Source: Bryobacterales bacterium
Lineage (GTDB): Bacteria > Acidobacteriota > Terriglobia > Bryobacterales > UBA6623
Reading direction: 5' to 3'
NCBI GenBank assembly: GCA_022823865.1
Contig: JAJEHF010000140.1
Location: forward strand, 5,435-69,434
DNA: 64,000 nucleotides
Shown: piece by piece, positions 10,181 through 19,224 of the stretch
How positions within the stretch are numbered: position 1 is the stretch's first letter
Layout: each line of letters begins with the position of its first letter
Translations under genes and position numbers: made by a program
Notes under the pieces: generated by a model
Database searches by the model: none
What the model was told of the DNA's origin: nothing
The model's input: the letters and a program-made list of their open reading frames with translations, nothing else

Positions 10181-13100
10181 CTAGAAGTAAAACTTCAGGC
10201 CCAGCTGCATTTCGCGGTGCGAGTTGCCGGCGTTGACGACGCCGAAGCCAGACTGGCCGACTTGATCCCTCGGGTTGTTGAATTCCGGGGTGTTGAAGCT
10301 GTTGAACGTCTCCAAGCGGAACTGCATGCGCAGGCGCTCGCTGATCTGGGTGTTCTTCGACAGGGCAATGTTGAAGATGTGCGGGGTTCCGGGGCCGAGC
10401 GTGCCGCGCACCTTGCGCCCAGCGTTGCCCAGCGTGAACGGCGCGGGCGCTTCGAACCCTGCTTCGTTGGTCCAGAGCACGCCCCGGCGGCCGCCGAGAG
10501 CCGGATCGCCGCGGTTCGGATGATTGGGGTCACCGATGAGATTGGCGTAGAGCGTCGCATCGGCCGCGTTGTCGCCCTTGAGGTCTCGAGCTCCGTTCAG
10601 GACCGTGACTCCGAACGGAGAGCCGCTCTGGAAGGTATAGATACCGGAGACCTGCCAGCCGCCGAGAATCACGTTCACAGGACCGCTCAGGTTGACAAAC
10701 TTGCCTCGCCCGAACGGCAGTTCGTAGACCGGGCTGAACACGATCCGGTGAGGCGCGTGGTTGCCCGAGAGCGACCACTCGGAAGCACGGTCATAGATGT
10801 TCTGAAACCAGTCGTGATCGCCGAGAGAGGCGGCGTTCTCTCCCACGAAGGGTGCGTTGTCGTACCACCTTGAGAACGTGTAGAGGAAGATGTAGCCGAC
10901 TCCCTGGTTGAATCGTCGCTCGGTCTTGAACGTGATTCCTTGATAATCCGAACTGAAGAAGTTCGGATTGTTCATTCGGATCTGTCCCGTACCGCCGTAC
11001 TGGGTGAACGGCTTGAGCAGGCGCTGGGCTTGGTTGCCAAACTCGTTGGAACCGACCCTAGGCAGGTTGAGCGGGTGGATCTGGTTGATGTTCATCCGGC
11101 GCAGGTTCACCTTCTTGGCAAACTTCGCGTAGTAGCGCACCTCGAAGAGCTGCTCGCCGACCTGGTGCTGGAATGTCAGGTTCCAGTCGAACGCATACGG
11201 AGTCCGGTGGTAGCGGTCCACGAAGTCGACGCGGCCTTGCACGAAGTTCGTGCCGCGCGTTCCGAAGTTGTGGTTCAGCTCCGAGGCATCGGGAATCTGG
11301 AGAAAAGTGGAGGGCATCCCGTCCTTGAGCAGCGGGACCTGCCCGCCGCCGATGTTGCCGGCGCCGCCAAACCCCTGGCTGCCGGTTTGCAGGACGTTGC
11401 CGTCGTAGTTGCCACCGAACATGACGGCGAAGCCCCCGCGCACCACCGTGTTGCTCGCCCCGCCGGGCTTGACAGCGAATCCGAACCGGGGGCCGAAGTT
11501 ATTCCTGTCGGCATTCACCGGGTTTCTTGGGAAGCCATCGCGGCCTGCGAAGAAGAACGCGCCTTTCTGGTCGGGGCGGATGCCGTTCGTGCCGGCGGCG
11601 GGCAGCGGCAGCTCTGGGTCCCAGCCTGCGACCCGGTCCGCCACTTCGGTGAACGGCCCTTCGTATTCATAACGCAATCCCAGATTCAGCGTCAGCTGGC
11701 CGTTGACGCGCCAATCGTCTTGGAAGAAACCCGCGACATAGGCCGACCGGCGCCCGAACGACGGGTTGGCTTGGACACGCGCCCGGTCGGCCTGGCCGAT
11801 CAGGAACGAGGCCAAGTCCGCGCCGGTCCCCGAGATCACGCTGCCGTCCGGATTGAGGCCGCGCGTGTCGGTGTTGGCGAAGTCAAAGACGCCCGAGGCC
11901 GTCTGCCGGCCCAGTTCGCTGCCCTGGTATTTCCGGTAGTCGATGCCGAACTTGAACGTTTGATTGCCAGCCACCTTCGTGAAGTGGGCCGTGTACTCGA
12001 AGTTCGTGAACGCGAACAGCCGCCGGGACAACCCCGCCCCAATGCTTGTAATGCTTGGATTGCCCCCGATGTTGAATCGCGGGAAGACGTCCGGCCCCAC
12101 GCCAGTCAGGCCGATCTGGGACGCCAGGTCCTCGTTCAGGTTGACGCCTTGGACGTCGTTGCGGTACCGGAAGAAGCCGCCGGTTGCGGTCATGAAGAAG
12201 GTCGGCGAAAACAGCTTCGTATACGAGAGCAGTATGTTCTGTTGCCGTTGAGGAAGGCTTACGGCGTTCGGGTCGGCTGGACCCCAGTCTGGCGACGGAA
12301 CCCTGCCGTCCGTCACCGGCATGAACAGGTTGTATCGGAACGTCAGCTTGTCGTTGGGATCAACTTCGTAATCTACCCGCATGGTGTGGCTGGTGCGGCG
12401 GAGCTCGCGTGGCAGGTTGGCGACCCAGTTCCCCTCATTCGAAACATCAACCTCCGTGCGGTTCGCTGTGGGCACGAACGCGATCGCCGCCTGGGCGACC
12501 GGATCCAGCCGGCTGCTGGGAATCACGTTGTTCGCGAACTGCATCTCCCCTCCGCGCCCGGTCGACGTGAGCGGATCGTATACCCTGCGGAGCACGCCGT
12601 TCGACTGCAGCATCGTCGACAGGTCGCCGGTCTTCCATTCGGGCAGGCCTACGCTGCGAACTCGCAGGTCCTCGAGGTTCTGGATCGTGATGTCGTAGTT
12701 GTAGAAGAAGAACGCCTTGTTCTTGACGATCGGGCCTCCGATCGTTCCGCCGGGCACATTGCGGCGCAGCTTCGTCCTGCTCTTCGCATCCCATCCGCGA
12801 GCGCTAAACGCGTCGTTGCGCATGAACCAATAGCCCGAGCCGTGAAACTCGTTGGTACCGGACTTGGTGGTGGCATTCATGAATCCCGCGGCCGAGCGTC
12901 CATACTCGGCGGTCGGCGCGTTCGCTTCCACTCGGACTTCGGAGATCGCGTCGACCGGCGGGCTCAGCTCGGTGATCGTCGCGCCGATGCCCGTCCGGCT
13001 ATTCACCACTCCGTCGATGAAGACGCCGGCAGATCTGGTGCGCCCTCCGGCGATCGTGACGTCGCCGCCTCCGGCGCGATTGCTGTTGCGCATCCGCTGC

Positions 13101-13591
13101 GCGCCGGGGGTCAGGTCGATCAGGTCGAAGACCTCTCGATTGACCAAGGGCAGCTCGAGAACGCGCTTGTTCTCAACCACGGCGGCGAGGGAGCCGCGAG
13201 ATGTCTCGACGAGCGGGCTCGCCGCTTCCACCGTAACCGTTTCGGTGATCGCGCCGAGCTCTAGCACGGCGTCATATGTCAGGGCGCTGCCGACTTCAAC
13301 GCGCAGGTTGCTGACCTGGTGAGGCCGGAACCCGTCCGACTCCATGCGGATCGAATACGACCCTGGCAAGACGCCGGGCAGGTAGTACGTCCCGTCCCCT
13401 TGCGTTTCCACCATGTTCGAGGTCCCCTGATCCTCGTTGGTGATTTCCACTTGGACTCCCGGGATGACCGCTCCGGTGTTGTCGGTTGCGGTGCCCAAGA
13501 TCGTGCCCAGGGTCTGGGAAGGTGCCGGGCTGGCCAGGGCAGCCAATACGGCGGTTGCGACTAGGAGCCGTGAGAGAGTGTGCAGTGACAT
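10181..13591 (-). CDS. TonB-dependent receptor with N-terminal carboxypeptidase-regulatory-like domain
   Basis: The start was moved to ATG 13591, which has GGAGG 8 nt upstream. A signal peptide is followed by ...GTATDNTGAVIPGVQVEITNE...GTYYLPGVLPGSYSIRMESDGF (CarboxypepD_reg). It has a plug region and a long beta-barrel ending ...REMQLGLKFYF (terminal aromatic residue). Confidence 0.85.
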   Translation of the reverse strand: MSLHTLSRLLVATAVLAALASPAPSQTLGTILGTATDNTGAVIPGVQVEITNEDQGTSNMVETQGDGTYYLPGVLPGSYSIRMESDGFRPHQVSNLRVEVGSALTYDAVLELGAITETVTVEAASPLVETSRGSLAAVVENKRVLELPLVNREVFDLIDLTPGAQRMRNSNRAGGGDVTIAGGRTRSAGVFIDGVVNSRTGIGATITELSPPVDAISEVRVEANAPTAEYGRSAAGFMNATTKSGTNEFHGSGYWFMRNDAFSARGWDAKSRTKLRRNVPGGTIGGPIVKNKAFFFYNYDITIQNLEDLRVRSVGLPEWKTGDLSTMLQSNGVLRRVYDPLTSTGRGGEMQFANNVIPSSRLDPVAQAAIAFVPTANRTEVDVSNEGNWVANLPRELRRTSHTMRVDYEVDPNDKLTFRYNLFMPVTDGRVPSPDWGPADPNAVSLPQRQQNILLSYTKLFSPTFFMTATGGFFRYRNDVQGVNLNEDLASQIGLTGVGPDVFPRFNIGGNPSITSIGAGLSRRLFAFTNFEYTAHFTKVAGNQTFKFGIDYRKYQGSELGRQTASGVFDFANTDTRGLNPDGSVISGTGADLASFLIGQADRARVQANPSFGRRSAYVAGFFQDDWRVNGQLTLNLGLRYEYEGPFTEVADRVAGWDPELPLPAAGTNGIRPDQKGAFFFAGRDGFPRNPVNADRNNFGPRFGFAVKPGGASNTVVRGGFAVMFGGNYDGNVLQTGSQGFGGAGNIGGGQVPLLKDGMPSTFLQIPDASELNHNFGTRGTNFVQGRVDFVDRYHRTPYAFDWNLTFQHQVGEQLFEVRYYAKFAKKVNLRRMNINQIHPLNLPRVGSNEFGNQAQRLLKPFTQYGGTGQIRMNNPNFFSSDYQGITFKTERRFNQGVGYIFLYTFSRWYDNAPFVGENAASLGDHDWFQNIYDRASEWSLSGNHAPHRIVFSPVYELPFGRGKFVNLSGPVNVILGGWQVSGIYTFQSGSPFGVTVLNGARDLKGDNAADATLYANLIGDPNHPNRGDPALGGRRGVLWTNEAGFEAPAPFTLGNAGRKVRGTLGPGTPHIFNIALSKNTQISERLRMQFRLETFNSFNTPEFNNPRDQVGQSGFGVVNAGNSHREMQLGLKFYF

Positions 13592-14084
13592 GACGGAAGC
13601 CTCCTTCGGTTTGTCAGAACTCAAGACATGGCCAATGAATGCGCCAATAGCCTAGTGCTGGTTCCGGTGGAGTTCAACCGCGTTTGGGCAAAAACCGTAC
13701 GTTTTCAGCAGAAAACACGGGAACATGGCCGGTTTTTCGCCAAGCCGACCGAATCGCGAGGCTGCGGAGCGGCCAACGGCTCGGGCTTTGCTGTGGCCGC
13801 ACGAATCGCGGAAGACGCCGCTAGGCCTGCCGCCGTCCGTCCGTTGACCACAGCCAGATCATGGCGTCTCGGGGCGGGCAATCCGACTCGGGGGACTCCC
13901 CTCGAAGCTCGGGAAGTTCAGCCCAGCGTGGACGGCTCGCAGGGAGGCGCGGGCGGTTCAGTCCTAGGGAACGCACGGGCTACCCCTGCGTCGGCCCGCC
14001 GTCCGCATAGACGCGGTTCCTGAGCTTGCCACCCCGAGAACGCGGCCCGAAAACGCCGGAGGGAGGGTTGCTAGACTGCTTGCC

Positions 14085-15578
14085 ATGCGCCGGTGGCAAG
14101 CGATCTTGGTCCTGCTAACTCTCTTTGCGGCAGTCGCCCGTGCACAGCTGCCGAACATCGTCGTCGTGTTGGCGGATGACATGGGCTGGGGCGATCCGCA
14201 GTCGTACCAGCCCGCGTCCAAGATTCCCACGCCCAACATCGACAGGCTGGCGCGCGAGGGCATGCGCTTCACCGATGCCCACAGCCCGTCGTCGGTCTGC
14301 ACGCCGACGCGTTACGGCCTGCTGACCGGGCGCTATGCGTGGCGGACGTCGCTCACCAGCGGGGTCTTGGACGGGTTCGGCCCGCCGCTGATCGACCCGC
14401 AGCAGGACGACACTGTCGCGCTGCTGCTGAAGCGTTCCGGCTACCGTACCGCGGCCGTGGGCAAGTGGCATCTCGGCATGCGCTGGTTCGACAAGCGCGG
14501 CGATCCGATGCCGCGTCGGACAGGCGGGTTTCGCCCCGGCGACGATGTGGATTATGCGGCTGAACTGCGGGGAGGGCCCTTGGACGTTGGATTCGACACG
14601 TTCTTCGGGATTTCCGCATCGCTTGACATGAGCCCGTACTGCTTCCTGCGGAATCGCTCCGTGGAGATGATTCCAGACATACCCGTTCCGGCCAGCAGGG
14701 CGGACATCTTTTCGGGCTTGGCGGCTGGCGTGCGCTCGCGAGGCTTTCGAGTGGAGGACGTGCTGCCGAGGCTGGCCGAGGAAGCCGAGCGCCTGATCGA
14801 CCAGCAGGCCGGCCGGGACGTGCCCTTCTTCCTGTACATGCCGCTGGCGTCACCACACCTGCCGGTCGCGCCGGTTAGCCCCGGCAGCAGTCGCGCCGGT
14901 CTCTACGGTGACTTTGTCTTCGAGACGGACCGGGCGCTCGGAACGGTCTTGGAAGCATTGGACCGGAACGGGTTGAGCGACGACACGCTCGTGCTCTTCA
15001 CCAGCGACAACGGCGGCTTGTGGCACTGGTGGGACTTTCGCGCCGCCGATGACGGCGGAGCCTCCCCGCGCACGGCGCGAGGGGATTATGTCCGCGGCTA
15101 CGGACACCAGAGCAACGCGGCTTTGCGCGGCACGAAGGCGGATATCTTTGAGGGTGGCCACAGGGTGCCGTTTGTAGTCCGCTGGCCGGGCCAGGTCGCG
15201 GCCGGTACCACCAGCGACGCGCTGGTCGTGCTGACCGACCTATATGCCACGGTGGCGGAGATTGCCGGTACGGAGGCGCAGGGTGCTTCGGGCCAAGACA
15301 GCCATTCGCTGGTGCCCGTGTTGCAAGGGAGCGGCAGCTCGGGGCGGACTTCGGCCATTCACCACTCTTCGCGAGGCATGTTCGCCATCCGCAAGGGTGA
15401 CTGGAAGCTGGTTGCCGGCCGCGGCTCTGGCGGGTTCACCGCCCCTCGCGAGATCGACGGGCCCGGCGGCCAGCTCTACGATTTAGCCGCCGATCCGCAA
15501 GAGACCGAGAACCTGTATGGCTCCCGGCCCGAGGTCGTGGCGGAACTTGAGGAACTGCTGCGGGCGGTCCGACAGTGA
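14085..15578 (+). CDS. Arylsulfatase (Cys-type sulfatase family)
   Basis: Signal peptide, then NIVVVLADDMGWGD and the formylglycine motif SSVCTPTRYGLLTGR (CxPxR). It also has a GKWHLG motif. Confidence 0.9.
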   Translation: MRRWQAILVLLTLFAAVARAQLPNIVVVLADDMGWGDPQSYQPASKIPTPNIDRLAREGMRFTDAHSPSSVCTPTRYGLLTGRYAWRTSLTSGVLDGFGPPLIDPQQDDTVALLLKRSGYRTAAVGKWHLGMRWFDKRGDPMPRRTGGFRPGDDVDYAAELRGGPLDVGFDTFFGISASLDMSPYCFLRNRSVEMIPDIPVPASRADIFSGLAAGVRSRGFRVEDVLPRLAEEAERLIDQQAGRDVPFFLYMPLASPHLPVAPVSPGSSRAGLYGDFVFETDRALGTVLEALDRNGLSDDTLVLFTSDNGGLWHWWDFRAADDGGASPRTARGDYVRGYGHQSNAALRGTKADIFEGGHRVPFVVRWPGQVAAGTTSDALVVLTDLYATVAEIAGTEAQGASGQDSHSLVPVLQGSGSSGRTSAIHHSSRGMFAIRKGDWKLVAGRGSGGFTAPREIDGPGGQLYDLAADPQETENLYGSRPEVVAELEELLRAVRQ

Positions 15579-15730
15579 CGCTCGCAAGTGAGATGCGGCT
15601 GTAGGAGCGGATCCTTCAACCGCTCAGGGTGCGCCGGAATCTCCGGGATTTTCTTGCCAAGATTTGCGGCGGCCGCATCGCAGAGCGCTGCACTGGCAGG
15701 CATGGCCAAGGACGCCCTCGATGAGAGCGT

Positions 15731-16612
15731 TCAGGCACCTGTCAGGTCGCGCAGAGCTTTTCGGTCCCGAACGATCGCATCCATGCACTCTCGCTGCTTC
15801 GCGGGGTCGCGATGGTCGATGTACTCCATATGTAGCGACACGGGCGTACCCGCGCTGACCTCTGCGCTCACCATTTCGAACAACTCCGGGTCGACTTGCC
15901 CGGTTCCTAGGGGCACGTTGACGGCCTTGCGGCCTTGCCAGCTGAAATCCTTCATATAGACCACGCGCACGCGACTGCGGATCACTCGCCACAGCACCGA
16001 CCACGACAGGCCAGCTTCGGCCGTGGCGTGGCGAAGATCGAAGATTGCCGATACCTGCTTCTCGGGAACTCCATCCAGAAGCCGGTGGATGTCCCAGACA
16101 GATCCGCCGACGATGCTCCTGCCGGCGTGGTTCTGATAGAGTCCCGCAATCCGAAACTCGCTCAGGTAGTCGGCGAGACGCAGCACGGTCTGGCGATGCT
16201 CTTCGAGCTGGGCAAGGATAGGGCGCTCGAAGTCGTAGCGGTAGTAGGCCATGCGGAACCACTTGATGCCGAGGCTGTCCGCGGTCTTGATCACTCGCTG
16301 CGAGAGCGGATCGTCGGCGTCCTTGATGCCGGTGGTGATCATCGTGACGCTTCGCCGGCGCTTTTCGAGGGCCCGGACCAGCAGTGGCAGATCGCGTTCG
16401 ACGTGCTCCGGCTCGACTTGGCCGCCTTTGCGGACGGTCGCTTCGATGCCGTCGAGGTCGTTTTCTTCGAGAAAGACGGCGACCTCATCGAAGGAGAGCC
16501 ACTGTAGGTGCTTGGCAAACGCGAGCACCGGCCCGAAACGCTGATCCGAAGCCGGCGCGGCGCTGGCAAGGGCGGCGCCCGCGCCCAGTTTCACGAGTTC
16601 TCTTCTGTTCAT
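15731..16612 (-). CDS. Sugar phosphate isomerase/epimerase (xylose isomerase-like TIM barrel), Tat signal
   Basis: MNRRELVKLGAGAALASAAPA Tat-type leader. Its length and sequence are typical of the AP-endonuclease-2/xylose-isomerase-like fold. A paralogue lies at 46285-47229. Confidence 0.75.
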   Translation of the reverse strand: MNRRELVKLGAGAALASAAPASDQRFGPVLAFAKHLQWLSFDEVAVFLEENDLDGIEATVRKGGQVEPEHVERDLPLLVRALEKRRRSVTMITTGIKDADDPLSQRVIKTADSLGIKWFRMAYYRYDFERPILAQLEEHRQTVLRLADYLSEFRIAGLYQNHAGRSIVGGSVWDIHRLLDGVPEKQVSAIFDLRHATAEAGLSWSVLWRVIRSRVRVVYMKDFSWQGRKAVNVPLGTGQVDPELFEMVSAEVSAGTPVSLHMEYIDHRDPAKQRECMDAIVRDRKALRDLTGA

Positions 16613-16814
16613 CCCAACATTTCCTCTGTCGGCCGGACGTTTGGTTCAGCAGCCGCTTGCCCCAAAGGGTAGCTCATGGCGCCGGCCGCGGAGATGCCCG
16701 ATTCGAAATTATCAGCGGCGCGTCCCTGCCGCCAAGCGGGTGGTGTGCTCCGAACACCGAGGCAGATGTCCGGTCGCGATGGGGGGACGAAGTCCATCCG
16801 CCCGCAGATTGGCA

Positions 16815-17597
16815 TTACACGCGTTGGCCGGGCGGGCATCCAGCAGTGGCCGATTCAGCGCTGGGGTTGCCGCTGCTTGCGGACAGGCCACCGTAGCGCC
16901 GCTCGCGGCGACGGAAGGCTTCAACCGCCCGGCGTAAGTCCTCGCCGCCAAAGTCCGGCCACAGCGTGTCGACGAACACCAGTTCCGCGTAGGCCGACTC
17001 AAACAGCAGGAAATCGCTCAGTCGCTGTTCGCCGCTCGTGCGGATGATCAGGTCGACCGGCGGTGTCTCGGGATCGGAGTGGCAGGCGCGGTTGACATGC
17101 CTCAGGAAACCGCGCTCATCGCGGCGCTCGTCCGGCCTGAACCCGGCGGCCGCGCCGAGAATGGCCGAGCGTCCGGAATAGTCGACGGCCAAGCGCAGGT
17201 ACAGCCGCGTTCCGTCTCGTGTCGCAAGCTCCGCCGCCTCGGTCTCGCGGACTAGCGCGGGCGACAGGCGGTCTCGTCGGCCGATCAACCCGAGCCGCAC
17301 CCCGCGCCGGCGACAGTTCTCTCGCTCGCGGACGAGGAACGACTCGAGCAACCCCATCAGCACCGCCACTTCGTCGGCTGGCCGTCGCCAGTTGTCGGCG
17401 GAGAATGCGTAGAGCGTCAGCGTCGTGATCCCGAGCGCAGGAGCGGCTTCCACCGCGCGTCGCACTGCGTCGGCCCCGCGCCCGTGTCCCTCCGTGCGCG
17501 GGAGCCCGCGCGCTTGGGCCCAGCGGCCGTTGCCGTCCATGATCAGGCCGACGTGCAGCCCTTCGTTAGGCGGTCTGGCCATCTTGTGCGTACTCAT
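16815..17597 (-). CDS. uppS: Isoprenyl transferase (undecaprenyl diphosphate synthase)
   Basis: HVGLIMDGNGRWAQARGLPRTEGHGRG, TLYAFSADNWRRP and IIRTSGEQRLSDFLL...AELVF are canonical cis-prenyltransferase motifs. Confidence 0.9.
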   Translation of the reverse strand: MSTHKMARPPNEGLHVGLIMDGNGRWAQARGLPRTEGHGRGADAVRRAVEAAPALGITTLTLYAFSADNWRRPADEVAVLMGLLESFLVRERENCRRRGVRLGLIGRRDRLSPALVRETEAAELATRDGTRLYLRLAVDYSGRSAILGAAAGFRPDERRDERGFLRHVNRACHSDPETPPVDLIIRTSGEQRLSDFLLFESAYAELVFVDTLWPDFGGEDLRRAVEAFRRRERRYGGLSASSGNPSAESATAGCPPGQRV

Positions 17598-17782
17598 GAG
17601 GCCCGGCGGCCCGCGCAGGATCGAGCCCCAGCGATTGACGTCGCAGTGCCATCGTTCTCGCTCCTTGCGTGGCAGCGCCGCGAAGGGAACCGCTCGAGGT
17701 CAGTATCGGCAGCGTGTCGCGCCAATACCTGAGCAAAAAGTGAGGGTTTCGTGATATTTCGCTGAAACCGGTTGAAACGGGT

Positions 17783-19159
17783 TCAGCGGGGCCGCTTGGT
17801 CAGCCCGGCAGACAGGCCTGAGCCGAACATGAGGCCTTCGAAGACGCTGATGGCGACCTTGGTCACTGTCCCTGGCTCCTGCTCCCCGAGCAAACGGGCC
17901 AATGGCCCGAGGCCGACCTGGGATCCGGGGAAACTCTGCGCCATGAAATCGAGGCTTAATGCCCCGAGGGCGCGGCCGCTCCAACCCAGTATCCCGGCCC
18001 CGAATGCGCAGGCGAGGCCGGTCAGGAGAGCCACCCGGGCCCGGTCGAGCCCATGCGGCGTGGCCATGCCACCCTCTGCGGTCGGCGTGGCCAGCCCGTA
18101 CCCTAGACCGACGGCTCCGCCGAGGACCAAGCCCTCCACCGCACCGGCCAGCGGCGAGAGATCGCGACCGAACAGACCCTCGAGCACGAGCCGTCCCACG
18201 AGATGTGCGACCGCGCCGACCGCCAGGCCGCTGGAGGCGCCCGCCACTGCGAGCGCCAGCCGGCGCTGAGCGCGAAATGCGGCTTCCGCGGCGGCGAGCC
18301 CGGCCCCGACTCCTGCGGCTGCGATACCGCCGACTGCCATTCCGAGTAGCGGGAGGACAGCCAGCACTCCGTTGTCCGCTGTCGATCCAGGCCCGAAGCG
18401 AAGGACAAGGCTGCCCACGAAACCGGCGATCGCACCAGCCGCTGCTCCACCGGCCGCCGCGGCCATCCACCGACGACGGGCCAGCCCGGCCGCGCGTCGG
18501 ATACGAAGCAAGAATAGGGTCGCCGCGGCAGTTAGCCATCCCCGCCTTCCTAACAACGGAACCGGCCCCGCCCTTGGTACGTCCCACCGGGTCTCGCGCA
18601 AATATGCGAGTGCCACGGCGTGGCCCTCTCTGCCGCCTAGCCCGTCCAGGGCCTTCGCTGTGCCGATCTCATGCAGGGTTTCGGCGGCCTGTCGCCTTCG
18701 CTCATCCCCTGATTCTCCGTTGTGGGAGTCGGCAGCGAGCAATGCTTCCAGCGCCTTGTCGAAGGAGGCGCTCGCGTCGGGTTCCTCAGGGGTGTCCCGT
18801 ACAGGCTCCAAAGGCCCCACATCCGGCTCTTCGATGACGTCGTCGCGTACAAAGCGATAGCCGTGCCGCGGCACCGTGCGAATAAAGGTCGGCTCCCGCG
18901 GGTCGTCACCGAGAGTGCGTCGGAGGGTCCGGACCGCTTGGCTCAAAGCGCCATCGCTGACCACCACGTCGCTCCAGACCGCATCGAGGATGTCGATCCG
19001 CGAGACGGCCTCGTCGCGCCGTTCGATGAGCAGGACCAGCAGGTCGAAGCAACGCGGGATCAGCGGCAGCTCTCGGCCATCGCGGACTAGCGTCCGTCGG
19101 GCGGGGGACAAGATGTGGCCTGAGAACCGGTAGCGGGGTTTGCCCGACGATGATCGCAT
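17783..19159 (-). CDS. Membrane-anchored winged-helix (OmpR/PhoB-type, CadC/ToxR-like) transcriptional regulator
   Basis: The N-terminus matches the Trans_reg_C wHTH: YRFSGHILSPARRTLVRDGRELPLIPRCFDLLVLLIERRDEAV...VRTLRRTL...FIRTVPRHGYRF. The C-terminal half has several Gly/Ala-rich hydrophobic helices. No receiver domain is present. Confidence 0.75.
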   Translation of the reverse strand: MRSSSGKPRYRFSGHILSPARRTLVRDGRELPLIPRCFDLLVLLIERRDEAVSRIDILDAVWSDVVVSDGALSQAVRTLRRTLGDDPREPTFIRTVPRHGYRFVRDDVIEEPDVGPLEPVRDTPEEPDASASFDKALEALLAADSHNGESGDERRRQAAETLHEIGTAKALDGLGGREGHAVALAYLRETRWDVPRAGPVPLLGRRGWLTAAATLFLLRIRRAAGLARRRWMAAAAGGAAAGAIAGFVGSLVLRFGPGSTADNGVLAVLPLLGMAVGGIAAAGVGAGLAAAEAAFRAQRRLALAVAGASSGLAVGAVAHLVGRLVLEGLFGRDLSPLAGAVEGLVLGGAVGLGYGLATPTAEGGMATPHGLDRARVALLTGLACAFGAGILGWSGRALGALSLDFMAQSFPGSQVGLGPLARLLGEQEPGTVTKVAISVFEGLMFGSGLSAGLTKRPR

Positions 19160-19224
19160 CGACTTCAGGCAGTATACGCGGCCAGGACAACCACCCTCTC
19201 ACTGGCAAGACGCGAAGCGTCCGG

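Noticed and set aside
13592-14084. Possible cobalamin or other riboswitch in the long leader upstream of the first TBDR. I also looked upstream of the mutase.
   Set aside because: I could not find a B12-box-like sequence or a convincing multi-stem architecture. A weak TTGAAC-17-TAGGCT promoter-like match (13677-13649) is too poor to report as a feature.
15634-15655. CCGGA-ATC-TCCGG hairpin followed by GATTTTCTT after the sulfatase gene. There is also a 6-bp stem CTCGGC/GCCGAG at 61609-61625 between the spondin-like and AbgT genes.
   Set aside because: The stems are only 5-6 bp and such matches are frequent by chance in GC-rich DNA. They are not strong enough to annotate as terminators.
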